Positions 26,136 through 39,605 of a DNA stretch of 64,000 nt are shown in pieces. This stretch comes from Mustelus asterias (taxonomy: Eukaryota), in the NCBI RefSeq assembly GCF_964213995.1, contig NC_135821.1:8432001-8496000 (forward strand). The letters run 5' to 3'. A program made the translations under genes and the position numbers. The notes below the pieces were generated by a model. That model had not been told where the DNA came from, did not search any database, and was given only the letters and a program-made list of their open reading frames with translations. Every line of letters begins with the position of its first letter. Positions within the stretch are counted from its first letter, which is position 1.

Positions 26136-26489
26136 ATCAGCATATTTTTGTATTCTGGTGCATGAATAGTGATGGCGGAGGCTCAGGTTTTCATCGGGAT
26201 CAGGAATCTCACCCACAATTACAGCCTGCCATTGGTGTGTGCAAGAAGCATCGAGACTCATACTCAGCCCACTCAAGAGGGCAGTTATCCTGAGTTGGAG
26301 GGGTGGGGGGCAATATGCCTCAGCTGGGTGGCAGCTGGGGGAATGGGGAGGGGGCAATATGCCTCAGCTGGGGAGGGTGGGGATGGGGGGGGGGGTCAAT
26401 ATGCCTCAGCTGGGGGGGGGTGGGGGGTGGGGATTGGGGGGGGGGGCAATATGCCTCAGCTGGGGGGGAAGGGGGTTATGATCGCTGAC

Positions 26490-26569
26490 CTGTGAAACGT
26501 GACTCCATTGATTCTCGAATCCTTCGTGTCCCTTGATCTGCAGCCTTCGGCTGAGCAGTGTCGAGGCAT
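26490..26569 (-). CDS. THAP7: THAP7-like coding exon 1
   Basis: [27 protein letters not shown]; CAG|GTCAGC donor; acceptor just upstream implies a 5' UTR exon. Confidence 0.9.
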
Positions 26570-26699
26570 CGTTCGAACCCCCCGAGGCTGCAAGAGGATG
26601 CATTGCCCTTTCAGACATAATTTCTCTCATTCTGCCAATCATCCCCCCCATCGCTACAGTTCACTGCCATCATTTGCGTCAAGCTAAAGTGCCACAGCT

Positions 26700-29600
26700 G
26701 ACAGCCCCGACAAATCCCCCCCCCCCCTACTCTGTGCACTTATCCCATCTCCCGCAACCCTCACCATCAGCTCCCCTTCCCTTCTTTCACCCCGCACCCC
26801 CACTCTTCTCTCCCACTTTCTCCACTCCATCCCCAATTTCCATACTCTTTGCACCTCTCTCCCCGCTCCGCAGCCCACTTCTCCATTCTTCACACCTTCC
26901 TCCCCTTCTCGCTCCACCCCCCTCTTTCTCACCACCACTTTTCTCCGCCTCCCTCCATTCCCCCCTTTGTCTCTTCCCTTCCCCACCATTCAGTCTCCAC
27001 TTTCTCTCTCCCCACCCCCCAGTATTTCTCCCTTTTCCTGGGTGCCTCCTCCCACCCTCCTCCCCACCTGCTCTCCTTCCTCTTCCCACACCTCACAACC
27101 CCGCCCCATCACCTTTCCCCATCACAGACCCCCTTCTCTGAACCCTCTCCCCCCCAGACTCCCTCCTCCCCTTACCCTGACTCGCCCCACCCCTCTCCCC
27201 CTCCCCCCCCCACAAACTCCCTCCTACCCCTCCCCCTGAATCCCTGCCCACCCCTCCCCCCCAGACTCCCCCTCTCCCCGCCCACCCCTCTCCCACCACA
27301 CTCCGACCACCCACCCCTCTCCCCCCCCACCCCCCCCACCCACCCACCCCTCTCCCCCCCACAAACTCCCTCCTACCCCTCCCCCTGAATCCCTGCCCAC
27401 CCCTCCTCCCCAGACTCCCCCTCTCCCCGCCCACCCCTCTCCCACCACACTCCGACCACCCACCCCTCTCCCCCCCCACACTCCCCGCCCACCCACCCAC
27501 CCCTCTCCCCCCCCACACTCCCCGCCCACCCACCCATCCCTCTCCCCCCCACACTCCCCGCCCACCCACCCACCCCTCTCCCCCCACACTCCCCGCCCAC
27601 CCACCCCTCTACCCCCCACACTCCCCGCCCACCTACCCACCCCTCTCCCCCCCACACTCCCCGCCCACCCCTCTCCCCCCCACACTCCCCGCCCACCCAC
27701 CCACCCACCCCTCTCCCCCCACACTCCCCACCCCTCTCCCCCCACACTCCCCGACCACCCACCCCTCTCCCCCCCGCACCCACCCACCCCTCTCCCCCCC
27801 ACACTCCCCGACCACCCACCCCTCTCCCCCCTACACTCCCCGACCACCCACCCACTCCGACCACCCGCCCCTCTCCCCCCCACACTCCCCGACCACCCGC
27901 CCCTCTCCCCCCACACTCCCCGACCACCCGCCCCTCTCCCCCCACACTCCCCGACCACCCGCCCCTCTCCCCCCACACTCCCCGACCACCCGCCCTCTCC
28001 CCCCACACTCCCCGACCACCCACCCCTCTCCCTGACCACCCTATAACTGCTACAGCTCTAACTGTAACACGACATTCTGCACTCTCTCGTTTCCTTCTCT
28101 GTGAACGGTATGCTTTGTCTGTATAGCGCGCAAGAGACAAGACTTTTCACTGTATACTGATACAGGTGACAATAATAAATCAAGTCACCCAAGACTCCCA
28201 CCTGACCCCTCCCCCACAACCCACCCCTCCCGACTCCCCCTCCACGGACATCCATCCCCCCTTTCTCTGACCTCCCACCCTCCACTTCTCTGACCTCCCC
28301 CCACCACCCCACTTCTCTGACCCCCCCACACCCCCCTGTTCTCTGACCCCCCCCACACCCCCTCTTCTCTGACCCCCCCACACCCCCCTCTTCTCTGACC
28401 CCCCCACCCCCCTTCTCTGACCTCCCACCCCCCTCTTCTCTGACCCCCCACACCCCCCTCTCTCTGACCCCCCACACCCCCCTCTTCTCTGACCCCCCCA
28501 CCCCCCCTTCTCTGACCTCCCACCCCCCTCTTCTCTGATCCCCCACACCCCCCCTCTTTTCTGACCCCCCCACACTTCCATTCTCTGACCCCCACACCTC
28601 CCTGTTCTCTGACCCCCCACCCCGACCTCCCATCCCCCACTTCTGACCCCCCACCCTCCCTTCTCTGACCCCACCACAACCCGTTCTGACCCCCCTGTTC
28701 TCTGACCCCCCCCCACACCCCCCTGTTCTGACCCCCACACACCCTCTTCTCTGACACCCCCCACCCCCTCTTCTCTGAACCCCCCCACCCCTCCTCTTCT
28801 CTGACCCCCTCCGTCTGACCCGCACCACCCTCCCTCTTCTCACCCCCCAACCCCCTCTCTTCTCTGACCCCCCCACCTCACCTCTGACCCCCCCCGACAC
28901 ACCTCCCCACTAAACCCCCCCCCCACACACCTCCCCTCTGACCCCCCTCCCCACGACACCCCCTCCCCCCGACACCCCCTCCCCTCGACACCCCCTCCCC
29001 CCGACACCCCCTCCCCCCGACACCCCCTCCCCTCTGAACCCCCCTTCCTTCCCCTCCCCTCTGACCCCCCTTCCCCTGACCCCCCCTTCCCCTGACCCCC
29101 CTGCTTTTCCCGAGCCCCCCCTCCATTTCCCGACTCCTCCCCCACTTTTCCCCTGACCCCTCCCCCCTTTTCCCCGACCCTCCCTTTTCCCCTGATCCCC
29201 CCTTTTCCCCAGACCCCCCCTTTTCCCCTGACCCCCCTTTCTCGAGCCCCCCCTTGTCCCGAGCCCCCCCTTTTCCCATGACCTCCCCCTTTCCCCTGAC
29301 CCCCCCACCCCTTTCCCCTGCCCCCCCCACCCCTTTCCCCTGCCCCCCCCACCCCTTTCCCCTGACCCCCCCACCCCTTTCCCCTGACCCCCCCACCCCT
29401 TTCCCCTGACCCCCCTCCTTTTCCCGAGCCCCCCCTCCATTTCCCGACCCCTCCCCCACTTTTCCCCTGACCCCTCCCCCACTTTTCCCCTGACCCCTCC
29501 CCCCTTTTCCCGACACCCCCCCTTTTCCCGACACCCCCCCTGCCCCCCTTTTCCCCTGACCCCCCCCGACCCCCCCCTTTTCCCCTGACCCCCCCTTTCC

Positions 29601-31295
29601 CCTGACGACCTCCCTTTTCCCCTGACCCCCCCTTTTCCCCTGACCCCCCCCTTTTCCCCTGACACCCCCCCTGCCCCCCTTTTCCCCTGACCCTCCCTTT
29701 TCCCCTGACCCCCCCTTTTCCCCTGACGACCCCCCTTTTCCCGTGACCCCTTTTCCCCTGACGACCCCCCTTTTCCCCTGACGACCCCTTTTCCCCTGAC
29801 CCCCCCTTTTTCCCTGACCCCCCCCTTTTCCCCTGACCCCCCCCTTTTCCCCTGACCCCTCCCTTTCCCCTGACCCCCCCCTTTCCCCTGACCCCCCCTT
29901 TTCCCCTGATGACCCCCCTTTTCCCCTGACGACCCCCCTTCCCCTTTCCCTGACCCCCCCTTTCCCCTGACCCCCCCCTTTCCCCTGACCCCCCCTTTTC
30001 CCCTGACACCCCCCCCTTTTCCCCTGACACCCCCCCCTTTTCCTCTGACACCCCCCTGCCCCCCTTTTCCCCTGACCCTCCCTTTTCCCCTGACACCCCC
30101 CCTTTTCCCCTGACACCCCCCCTTTTCCCCTGACACCCCCCTTTTCCCCTGACCCCCCCTTTTCCCCTGACACCCCCCCCTTTTCCCCTGACCCCCGCCT
30201 TTTCCCCTGACGCCCCCTTTTCCCCTGACACCCCCCTGCACCCCTTTTCCCCTGAACCCCCCTTTCCCCTGACCACCCCCCCTTTTCCCCTGACCCCACC
30301 CCCCCCTTTTCCCCTGACCCCACCCCCCCCTTTTCCCCTGACCCCACCCCCCCCTTTTCCCCTGACCCCACCCCCCCCTTTTCCCCTGACCCCACCCCCC
30401 CCTTTTCCCCTGACCCCACCCCCCCCTTTTCCCCTGACCCCACCCCCCCCTTTTCCCCTGACCCCACCCCCCCTTTTCCCCTGACCCCACCCCCCCCTTT
30501 TCCCCTGACCCCACCCCCTCCTTTTCCCCTGACCCCACCCCCTCCTTTTCCCCTGACCCCACCCCCCCCTTTTCCCCTGACCCCACCCCCCCCCTTTTCC
30601 CCTGACCCCACCCCCCCCTTTTCCCCTGACCCCACCCCCCCTTTTCCCCTGACCCCACCCCCCCCTTTTCCCCTGACCCCACCCCCCCCCCCTTTTCCCC
30701 TGACCCCACCCCCCCCCTTTTCCCCTGACCCCACCCCCCCCCCCTTTTCCCCTGACCCCACCCCCCCCCCTTTTCCCCTGACCCCACCCCCCCCCCTTTT
30801 CCCCTGACCCCACCCCCCCCCCTTTTCCCCTGACCCCACCCCCCCCCCTTTTCCCCTGACCCCACCCCCCCCTTTTCCCCTGACCCCACCCCCCCCCCCT
30901 TTTCCCCTGACCCCACCCCCCCCCTTTTCCCCTGACCCCACCCCCCCCCCTTTTCCCCTGACCCCACCCCCCCCCCCTTTTCCCCTGACCCCACCCCCCC
31001 CCCTTTTCCCCTGACCCCACCCCCCCTTTTCCCCTGACCCCACCCCCCCTTTTCCCCTGACCCCACCCCCCTTTTCCCCTGACCCCACCCCCCCTTTTCC
31101 CCTGACCCCACCCCCCCTTTTCCCCTGACCCCACCCCCCCTTTTCCCCTGACCCCACCCCCCCTTTTCCCCTGACCCCACCCCCCCTTTTCCCCTGACCC
31201 CACCCCCCCTTTTCCCCTGACCCCACCCCCCCTTTTCCCCTGACCCCACCCCCCTTTTCCCCTGACCCCACCCCCCCTTTTCCCCTGACCCCCCC
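26700..31295. repeat. C-rich (minus G-rich) minisatellite arrays, e.g. TTTTCCCCTGACCCCACCCCCCC
   Basis: Direct reading; in the THAP7 5' UTR intron. Confidence 0.95.
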
Positions 31296-31299
31296 CCTC

Positions 31300-31900
31300 G
31301 ACTCACTCTGTCGCTGTGACCTCACTAAAATGGCCGCCAGATCATCCCTGACTTTTACGTCATCGCGCAACAACGGAAGGTTGTATTGTCCGGGAGTCTC
31401 TCTCGCTGCTCCTGCTGGGGTCAGTCTCTGCTCAATCCGGCTTTACTCTGATAGATTTTAATTTAATCCCTTTCATTTTCCGCGGCCGCACCGACACTGG
31501 GGCCGCCGAGTTGTTCCGTCGCTGCCCGAGCCCGCGCATGCGCAAACTCTCCGGCGGCGGACGCCGCGGCGCGCTGACGTTATCGGGGACGCTGGCGGTG
31601 ATGCAGTGACGCATGGGGCACGCTGGTGTTGACGCATTGACGCATGGGGCACGTTTACGGTGACGCAGTGACGCATGGGGCACGCAGCCCCGCCCCGCCC
31701 GCCGGACACAGACAAGAGGTTAGTGGCGCCTCAGGGAAGCTGGCACCGCCATTGGGAGGCCCGACCCGACCCCGCAGCGACTGCCAGCCCCTCGCGGCAC
31801 CGGCAAACCACACCGCGATGGGCTAGCAGGGAATCGGCGGAGCGTCCGTTCTGCGGGTCAGGGGTCACTGGCCCTGGTCTGGAGCCGCTTGTGATTGGCT
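31300..31900. promoter_or_regulatory. bidirectional CpG-island promoter THAP7/ZBTB45
   Basis: YY1-like AAAATGGCCGCC ~31327, NRF1-like GCGCATGCGC ~31534, many TGACGCA/TGACGT; outward-facing donors GTGAGT (minus, 31301-31306) and AG|GTTAGT (plus, ~31719). Confidence 0.75.
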
Positions 31901-31934
31901 CGCTGCAGGCATGTGACGGAAAGGACCCCCTCCC

Positions 31935-32450
31935 CTCCTCCAATCACAGGGCTGGGCGACCCCCCCCCCCCTCCATCACAGGGCTGGGAGACCCCCCCCC
32001 CCCCATCACAGGGCTGGGAGACCCCCCCCCCAATCTCAGTGCTGGGAGACCCCCCCCCCAATCTCAGTGCTGGGAGACCCCCCCCCCCATCACAGGGCTG
32101 GGAGACCACCCCCCCCCATCACAGGGCTGGGAGACCACCCCCCCCCATCACAGGGCTGGGAGACCCCCCCCCCCAATCTCAGTGCTGGGAGACCCCCCCC
32201 CCATCACAGGGCTGGGAGACCACCCCCCTCCATCACAGGGCTGGGAGACCCCCCCCCCCAATCTCAGTGCTGGGAGACCCCCCCCCCCCTCCATCACAGG
32301 GCTGGGAGACCCCCCCCCCCCCCCCCAATCTCAGTGCTGGGAGACCCCCCCCCCCCCCTCACCAATCACAGGGCTGGGAGACCCCCCCCCCCCTCACCAA
32401 TCACAGGGCTGGGAGACCCCCCCCCGCCCACCAATCACAGGGCTGGGAGA
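31935..32450. repeat. minisatellite ATCACAGGGCTGGGAGA(C)n
   Basis: Direct reading. Confidence 0.9.
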
Positions 32451-32679
32451 CCAGTGCATCTGCTGGATAAGCCCAGTGACTCCTGCTCAAGGTGTCAATG
32501 TTGGTGGGAAGAGAAGCAGCAGCTCCTCTCCCAGTCTGTGCTGGGGGTGGGTGAACAAGGCAGGAAGGCCGCAGCTTACACAGGTGGCTGTTCTTCACCT
32601 GGCAGCTCGAACTTTGAGCTTTTGCCATCAGTTTGTGGAGAGGATCGTGCCAGTCGCACTCCTCACCTGCAAGCATTTG

Positions 32680-32958
32680 CATAGAATTCCAACAGTGCAG
32701 GTAGAAGCTATTCAGCCCATCAAGTCTGCACTGACTTTCCAAAAGGGCACCTTACCCAGGCCCTAACTATCCCATGCATTTACAATGGCCAATCCACCTA
32801 ACCTGTACACCTTTGGAGTGTGGGAGAAAACCGGAGCACCCGGAGGAAACCCACGCAGACACAGGGAGAACATGCAAACCATATAGACAGTCACCCAATG
32901 CCGGAATCGAACCGGGTCCCTGGCGCTGTGAGGCAGCTGTGCTAACCACTGTGCCACC
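32680..32958 (-). mobile_element. HE1-like SINE
   Basis: Homologous to other copies. Confidence 0.85.
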
Positions 32959-33319
32959 CAGTCAGAGTCACTGACAGCAACCAGCAGTCATACAGTGGCT
33001 GGTTAATTCCCCCCATCCAAATTCCTGATGCTTAACCTGGGAATGTGGAGCCCGCTAACTATAAACAGAGGCTGTGGGTGTGTTTACATTGCCCATAGTG
33101 TCAGTCTGACATCATGGAAGTAGATGAGTTATTAACAATTTATGCAACTCCGTCAAAATGTGTCGAACAATAGTGCAGCCAAGGTTAGCGTTCCATTTTT
33201 GTGGGTGAGGGCAAATAGAATCAAAGTTGTTATTCCCTGGAATGACACTCCCTATTGAGGGAACAATGTACCTTTTGGATAAGCAATACAGAGGGAGTGC
33301 TGACTGTGAGGACCAGGGA

Positions 33320-34012
33320 GCGCCGCACTGTCAGAGGGTCAGTACTGAGGGAGTGTCGCACTGTCAGAGGGTCAGTACTGAGGGAGTGCCGCACTGTCAG
33401 AGCGTCAGTACTGAGGGAGTGCCGTACTGTCAGAGGGTCAGTACTGAGGGAGTGCCGCACTGTCAGAGGGTCAGTACTGAGGGAGTGCCGCACTGTCAGA
33501 GGGTCAGTACTGAGGGAGTGCCGCACTGTCAGAGGGTCAGTACTGAGGGAGTGTCGCACTGTCAGAGGGTCAGGACTGAGGGAGTGCTGCACTATCAGAG
33601 GGTCAGTACTGAGGGAGTGCCGCACTGTCAGAGGGTCAGTACTGAGGGAGTCCCGCACTGTCAGAGGGTCAGTGCTGAGGGAGTGCTGCACTGTCAGAGG
33701 GTCAGTACTGAGGGAGTGCCGCACTGTCAGTGGGTCAGTACTGAGGGAGTGGCGCACTGTCAGAGGGTCAGTGCTGAGGGAGTGCTGCACTGTCAGAGGG
33801 TCAGTACTGAAGGAGTCCCGCACTGTCAGAGGGTCAGTGCTGAGGGAGTGCTGCACTGTCAGAGGGTCAGTGCTGAGGGAGTGCTGCACTGTCAGAGGGT
33901 CAGTACTGAGGGAGTGCCGCACTGTCAGAGGGTCAGTACTGAGGGAGTCCCGCACTGTCAGAGGGTCAGTGCTGAGGGAGTGCTGCACTGTCAGAGGGTC
34001 AGTACTGAGGGA
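33320..34012. repeat. 33-bp minisatellite CACTGTCAGAGGGTCAGTACTGAGGGAGTGCCG
   Basis: About 21 units. Confidence 0.95.
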
Positions 34013-34642
34013 GCTGGAGATGGGACGCGTCGGGGGAGCAATGATTTAATAGAAAACTGTCAATTCAATTCCCTCACCAATCACAATTAGCCTCAAATTG
34101 AACACAGTCTGTATTTAGACCGTCTTTGCAAAGGTTGTGAAGGAGTGACGGTAATGGCTGCAGTGCCGCTGGAGAGTGACAGCAGCACTTTCTCGGGCTT
34201 CCTCTGTAGCCCTGTAGGTTACAGAACCATATCGCAAATACTTTGTTTAAAATTCAGTAAGGATTTTTACAGTTATTGCCCTCCCAGACAGTGAAGCGGG
34301 AGATCTCTATCCCCTTTGAAAGCAGCTCCATTCAGTGTGTGTGTTCACTAATCTGGCAACTTCCTCACAATCACTGCTGCTTCTTGATGATTGTGAGTGA
34401 GCATCTTTACACACACTTCCCCACAAATTCCTGGCCTCCCGCCAATGTCTGCCTCCTTCCCCAGCCCTCCTCTATCTCCTGCCTCCTCTCTTTTCTCCGC
34501 TCCCACCACAACCTCTCCTTCTCCCACTCTCCTTTCTCTCCTCTCTCTCTCTCTCCTCCCCCCGAGTGGGAAGATGTGCTGAGATTTAAATGTGACTGAT
34601 GTTCTGGGTTACAGGTTCCACCGTGCAGTGTGCGGGAGCAGA

Positions 34643-36215
34643 ATGTCTGAGCAACTGCACAGCATCAACCTCCAGAACTTTAGCAGGTCGCTGCTGGAGA
34701 CGCTGAACTCCCAGCGCTTGGGTGGCCATTTCTGTGATGTGACAGTGCGGATCCACAACACAGCCCTCCGAGCCCACCGCTGTGTGCTGGCCGCTGCCAG
34801 CCCCTTTTTCCATGATAAGCTCTTGCTGGGCTACAGCGAAATTGAGGTCCCCCCGCTAGTCTCAGCCCAGACGTTGCGACGATTGGTGGATTTCATGTAT
34901 AGCGGCTCGCTGATGGTCTCTCATGTGGAAGCTCTACAGATCCTCACGGCAGCAAGTGTCCTCCAGATCAAAACCATCATTGATGAATGCACACGTATCA
35001 TTTCACAGAATGCTCCTCAAAAGACTCAGGGACTTCAACCTTTAGTCAGCCAAAAAATGGACCTTTCTGATGAGAAGGAAGCCATTATTTGCCAAACCGT
35101 CAGTGAGCAGATGCACAAGTTTCCCCTGGGACTGATTGAAACAGCGTTGTCACCCCACGGAACTGAGAAAGAGTTTGACTTTGTCCGCGGAGCCACAAAG
35201 AACATGGTAACGAGTGAAGCCGGCTACAAATCGGAAGAGATTAGCCCCAGTCTGAACAGACAGTTCGCACCCACTCGACAGAAGGCAGCTGGAGAGCAGG
35301 TTCTATCCGAGCAAGAGAATCTGTCTCTGATGGACACCGGCCGAAACAGTGAGGTCCGCGCCCTGTGGTACAACACTGCAGCCAATCAGCGGCCGGAGAT
35401 CTCATTGTTACCACAAGGTAGCCATAGCCGCAAGCAGCGCCAGCCAATCCGGCTCCAGATGGCCGACGGAAGCCAGGTGACCATCAAGGAGGAAGACGAT
35501 GATCTTCTTTACTGTGGGGAGAGCATTTCCGGAGCGACGGTATCTGACCATTCAACCGAGCACATCGGCCAAGGCGAGCAGGCTGAGGACATCTCTGAGG
35601 CGAATGCATTTGATCCCAACCAGAGCACAATGGGGGAACAAAGAGACTCGACCGCTCATTTAAATTTGAGTGGCAAAGGGGATGAGTTGGAATTTTTTAG
35701 TGCCAGTGATCTCTTACCCGAGGAGCTAAAGTCCTTCTGGCACGGAGACAGAGAGGAGAAGGAACCCTCCTTACAACAAAACCGGAAAGCAGACTGCAAG
35801 TCCCAACTCGATACTTCATACCCACGGCCTTCGACGTTTATGCAGGACTTTCTCCCGGGATCTACCGTGCAGACCAACCCGAGGAACCAGGGCTGCGCTG
35901 TGCAGTATGATCTTCAAGGAGACAGTGGTGCAGCCGGCACTGCCAGTCATCGCAACCTCTTCCAGATGAACCTTCCTCAGTCTCCGCATCTCCCAGCTTT
36001 GCCCTCCACCTCCCAGACGTGCCTGCCCAGCATTTCAGCCCAGCCTCCTTGCCAGAACACCCCGGTGTTCCTGGATGGAAGCCAGACTGTGCCAGCTGCT
36101 TCACAGGCCACTCAGAGCTCCAGTGAAACCGAGAAAAAGCCCTATGGATGTGCACAATGTGGCAAGACCTTCAGCTCCAGACAGAACTATGCCAAGCACA
36201 TGTTCGTCCACACAG
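34643..36215 (+). CDS. ZBTB45: ZBTB45 (ZBTB20/45 subfamily) coding exon 1: BTB domain, linker, ZF1
   Basis: LQNFSRSLLETLNSQRLGGHFCDVTVRI..RAHRCVLAA; acceptor at 34614; ACAG|GTGGG donor, phase 1. Confidence 0.88.
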
Positions 36216-36371
36216 GTGGGTTCATCGTGAATCTCCCGCTGAAATAATTCTCACTGTTTCCTGTAGCTCATATTTTTCCCCATGTACAAAATCCTGGATA
36301 AGTGACAGAGAACAAATGCGTTCCCCTTTCTGCTTCACTGGTCATTTCCTTTCAGTTTTCTCCACCCTCCA

Positions 36372-38965
36372 TGAAGGTGCTGACTCTCACTGGGATACAG
36401 TTCCTGAAGGTGCTGACTCTCACTGGGATACAGTTCCTGAAGCTGCTGACTCTCACTGGGATACAGTTCCTGAAGGTGCTGACTCACACTGGGATACACT
36501 TCCTGAAGGTGCTGACTCTCACTGGGAGACAGTTCCTGAATGTGCTGACTCTCACTGGGATACAGTTCCTGAAGGTACTGACTCTCACTGGGATACAGTT
36601 CCTGAAGGTGCTGACTCTCACTGGGATACAGTTCCTGAAGGTGCTGACTCTCACTGGGCTACAGTTCCTGAAGGTGCTGACTCTCACTGGGAGACAGTTC
36701 CTGAATGTGCTGACTCTCACTGGGATACTGTTCCTGAAGGTGCTGACTCTCACTGGGATACAGTTCCTGAAGGTGCTGACTCTCACTGGGATACAGTTCC
36801 TGAAGGTGCTGACTCTCACTGGGATACAGTTCCTGAAGGTGCTGACTCTCACTGGGAGACAGTTCCTGAATGTGCTGACTTTCACTGGGATACTGTTCCT
36901 GAAGGTGCTGACTCTCACTGGGATACAGTTCCTGAAGGTGCTGACTCTCACTGGGCTACAGTTCCTGAAGGTGCTGACTCTCACTGGGAGACAGTTCCTG
37001 AATGTGCTGACTCTCACTGGGAGACAGTTCCTGAATGTGCTGACTCTCACTGGGATACAGTTCCTGAAGGTGCTGACTCTCACTGGGGGACAGTTCCTGA
37101 AGGTGCTGACTCTCACTGGGATACAGTTCCTGAAGGTGCTGACTCTCACTGGGATACAGTTCCTGAAGGTGCTGACTCTCACTGGGATACAGTTCCTGAA
37201 GGTGCTGACTCTCACTGGGATACAGTTCCTGAAGGTGCTGACTCTCACTGGGATACAGTTCCTGAAGGTGCTGACTCTCACTGGGGGACTGTTCCTGAAG
37301 GTTCTGACTCTCACTGGGATACAGTTCCTGAAGGTGTTGACTCTCACTGGGACACAGTTCCTGAAGATGCTGACTCTCACTGGGATACAGTTCCTGAAGG
37401 TGCTGACTCTCACTGGGATACAGTTCCTGAAGGTGCTGACTCTCACTGGGACACAGTTCCTGAAGGTGCTGACTCTCACTGGGAGACAGTTCCTGAATGT
37501 GCTGACTCTCACTGGGAGACAGTTCCTGAATGTGCTGACTCTCACTGGGATACAGTTCCTGAAGGTGCTGACTCTCACTGGGATACAGTTCCTGAAGCTG
37601 CTGACTCTCACTGGGATACAGTTCCTGAAGGTGCTGACTCTCACTGGGATACAGTTCCTGAAGGTGCTGACTCTCACTGGGAGACAGTTCCTGAATGTGC
37701 TGACTCTCACTGGGATACAGTTCCTGAAGGTACTGACTCTCACTGGGATACAGTTCCTGAAGGTGCTGACTCTCACTGGGATACAGTTCCTGAAGGTGCT
37801 GACTCTCACTGGGCTACAGTTCCTGAAGGTGCTGACTCTCACTGGGAGACAGTTCCTGAATGTGCTGACTCTCACTGGGATACTGTTCCTGAAGGTGCTG
37901 ACTCTCACTGGGATACAGTTCCTGAAGGTGCTGACTCTCACTGGGATACAGTTCCTGAAGGTGCTGACTCTCACTGGGATACAGTTCCTGAAGGTGCTGA
38001 CTCTCACTGGGAGACAGTTCCTGAATGTGCTGACTTTCACTGGGATACTGTTCCTGAAGGTGCTGACTCTCACTGGGATACAGTTCCTGAAGGTGCTGAC
38101 TCTCACTGGGCTACAGTTCCTGAAGGTGCTGACTCTCACTGGGAGACAGTTCCTGAATGTGCTGACTCTCACTGGGAGACAGTTCCTGAATGTGCTGACT
38201 CTCACTGGGATACAGTTCCTGAAGGTGCTGACTCTCACTGGGGGACAGTTCCTGAAGGTGCTGACTCTCACTGGGATACAGTTCCTGAAGGTGCTGACTC
38301 TCACTGGGATACAGTTCCTGAAGGTGCTGACTCTCACTGGGATACAGTTCCTGAAGGTGCTGACTCTCACTGGGATACAGTTCCTGAAGGTGCTGACTCT
38401 CACTGGGATACAGTTCCTGAAGGTGCTGACTCTCACTGGGGGACTGTTCCTGAAGGTTCTGACTCTCACTGGGATACAGTTCCTGAAGGTGTTGACTCTC
38501 ACTGGGACACAGTTCCTGAAGATGCTGACTCTCACTGGGATACAGTTCCTGAAGGTGCTGACTCTCACTGGGATACAGTTCCTGAAGGTGCTGACTCTCA
38601 CTGGGACACAGTTCCTGAAGGTGCTGACTCTCACTGGGAGACAGTTCCTGAATGTGCTGACTCTCACTGGGAGACAGTTCCTGAATGTGCTGACTCTCAC
38701 TGGGATACAGTTCCTGAAGGTGCTGACTCTCACTGGGGGACAGTTCCTGAAGGTGCTGACTCTCACTGGGATACAGTTCCTGAAGGTGCTGACTCTCACT
38801 GGGATACAGTTCCTGAAGGTGCTGACTCTCACTGGGACACAGTTCCTGAAGGTACTGACTCTCACTGGGATACAGTTCCTGAAGGTGCCGACTCTCACTG
38901 GGATACAGTTCCAGAAGGTGCTGACTCTCACTGGGATACAGTTCCAGAAGGTGCTGACTCTCAGT
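36372..38965. repeat. 33-bp minisatellite GAAGGTGCTGACTCTCACTGGGATACAGTTCCT with 1155-bp higher-order duplication
   Basis: Variant units recur 1155 bp apart (36439/37594; 36877/38032). Confidence 0.95.
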
Positions 38966-39605
38966 GGGGAACAGATGCATGGATGTTGATTCTGACTGGG
39001 ATACAGTGGGTGTCATGGGCAGTCATTCTCACAGGTATGCAGCTTTCAGGTGCTAGCTCTCGCTGGGATGCTGGCTTCACTGGTATCAACTCAGCGAGCC
39101 CCCGATATGCTGAGGATAATCCTAACACATGGCCCCTCCGAGCAGAGTGCAGCTATAGAGTCAGACCAGGCACCTTCCTGCTATTGTGGCTGCACCTTTT
39201 ACACAATGATCCATTGGGTGAAGAGAGAACGTGGGCTTGAGGTTGCAGAGCAAGAGCAGCATAAAAACCTATTGCTTTACCCAGAATGATTTGTAATGTT
39301 TTGTGCATTTGCGGAGTAGCTCCATTCAGCATGCAATCCCTCTCACTGAACGGTTTTGGAGAGTAACCGAATGTGAGGAACGCAGTATGGGAATGTTTCT
39401 ATGGAAGAGCAGGGTGGCTGCTAACAATCTCACTGAGTCCTGATCACCTTTGAAGCCTTTAGATGTTTGGGTGCAATGATCCAGTCAGCCATTGGGGTAG
39501 AATGGGGCTGGGGGAAAACCGGCTGCCCTTGTCAGCGCTCGGGCTCACAAATCTCTCGTTACTCTCTCCTCTCCTGAAGATGTCGAGTCTCCACACTCCT
39601 GATTG

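Noticed and set aside
27093-31373. Gly/Lys/Arg-rich minus-strand ORFs of 160-830 aa
   Set aside because: Translations of C-rich tandem repeats in all frames
36148-39240. 1030-aa EGADSHWDTVP repeat protein
   Set aside because: Intronic 33-bp minisatellite, open in several frames and also present inverted elsewhere; no splice or start support
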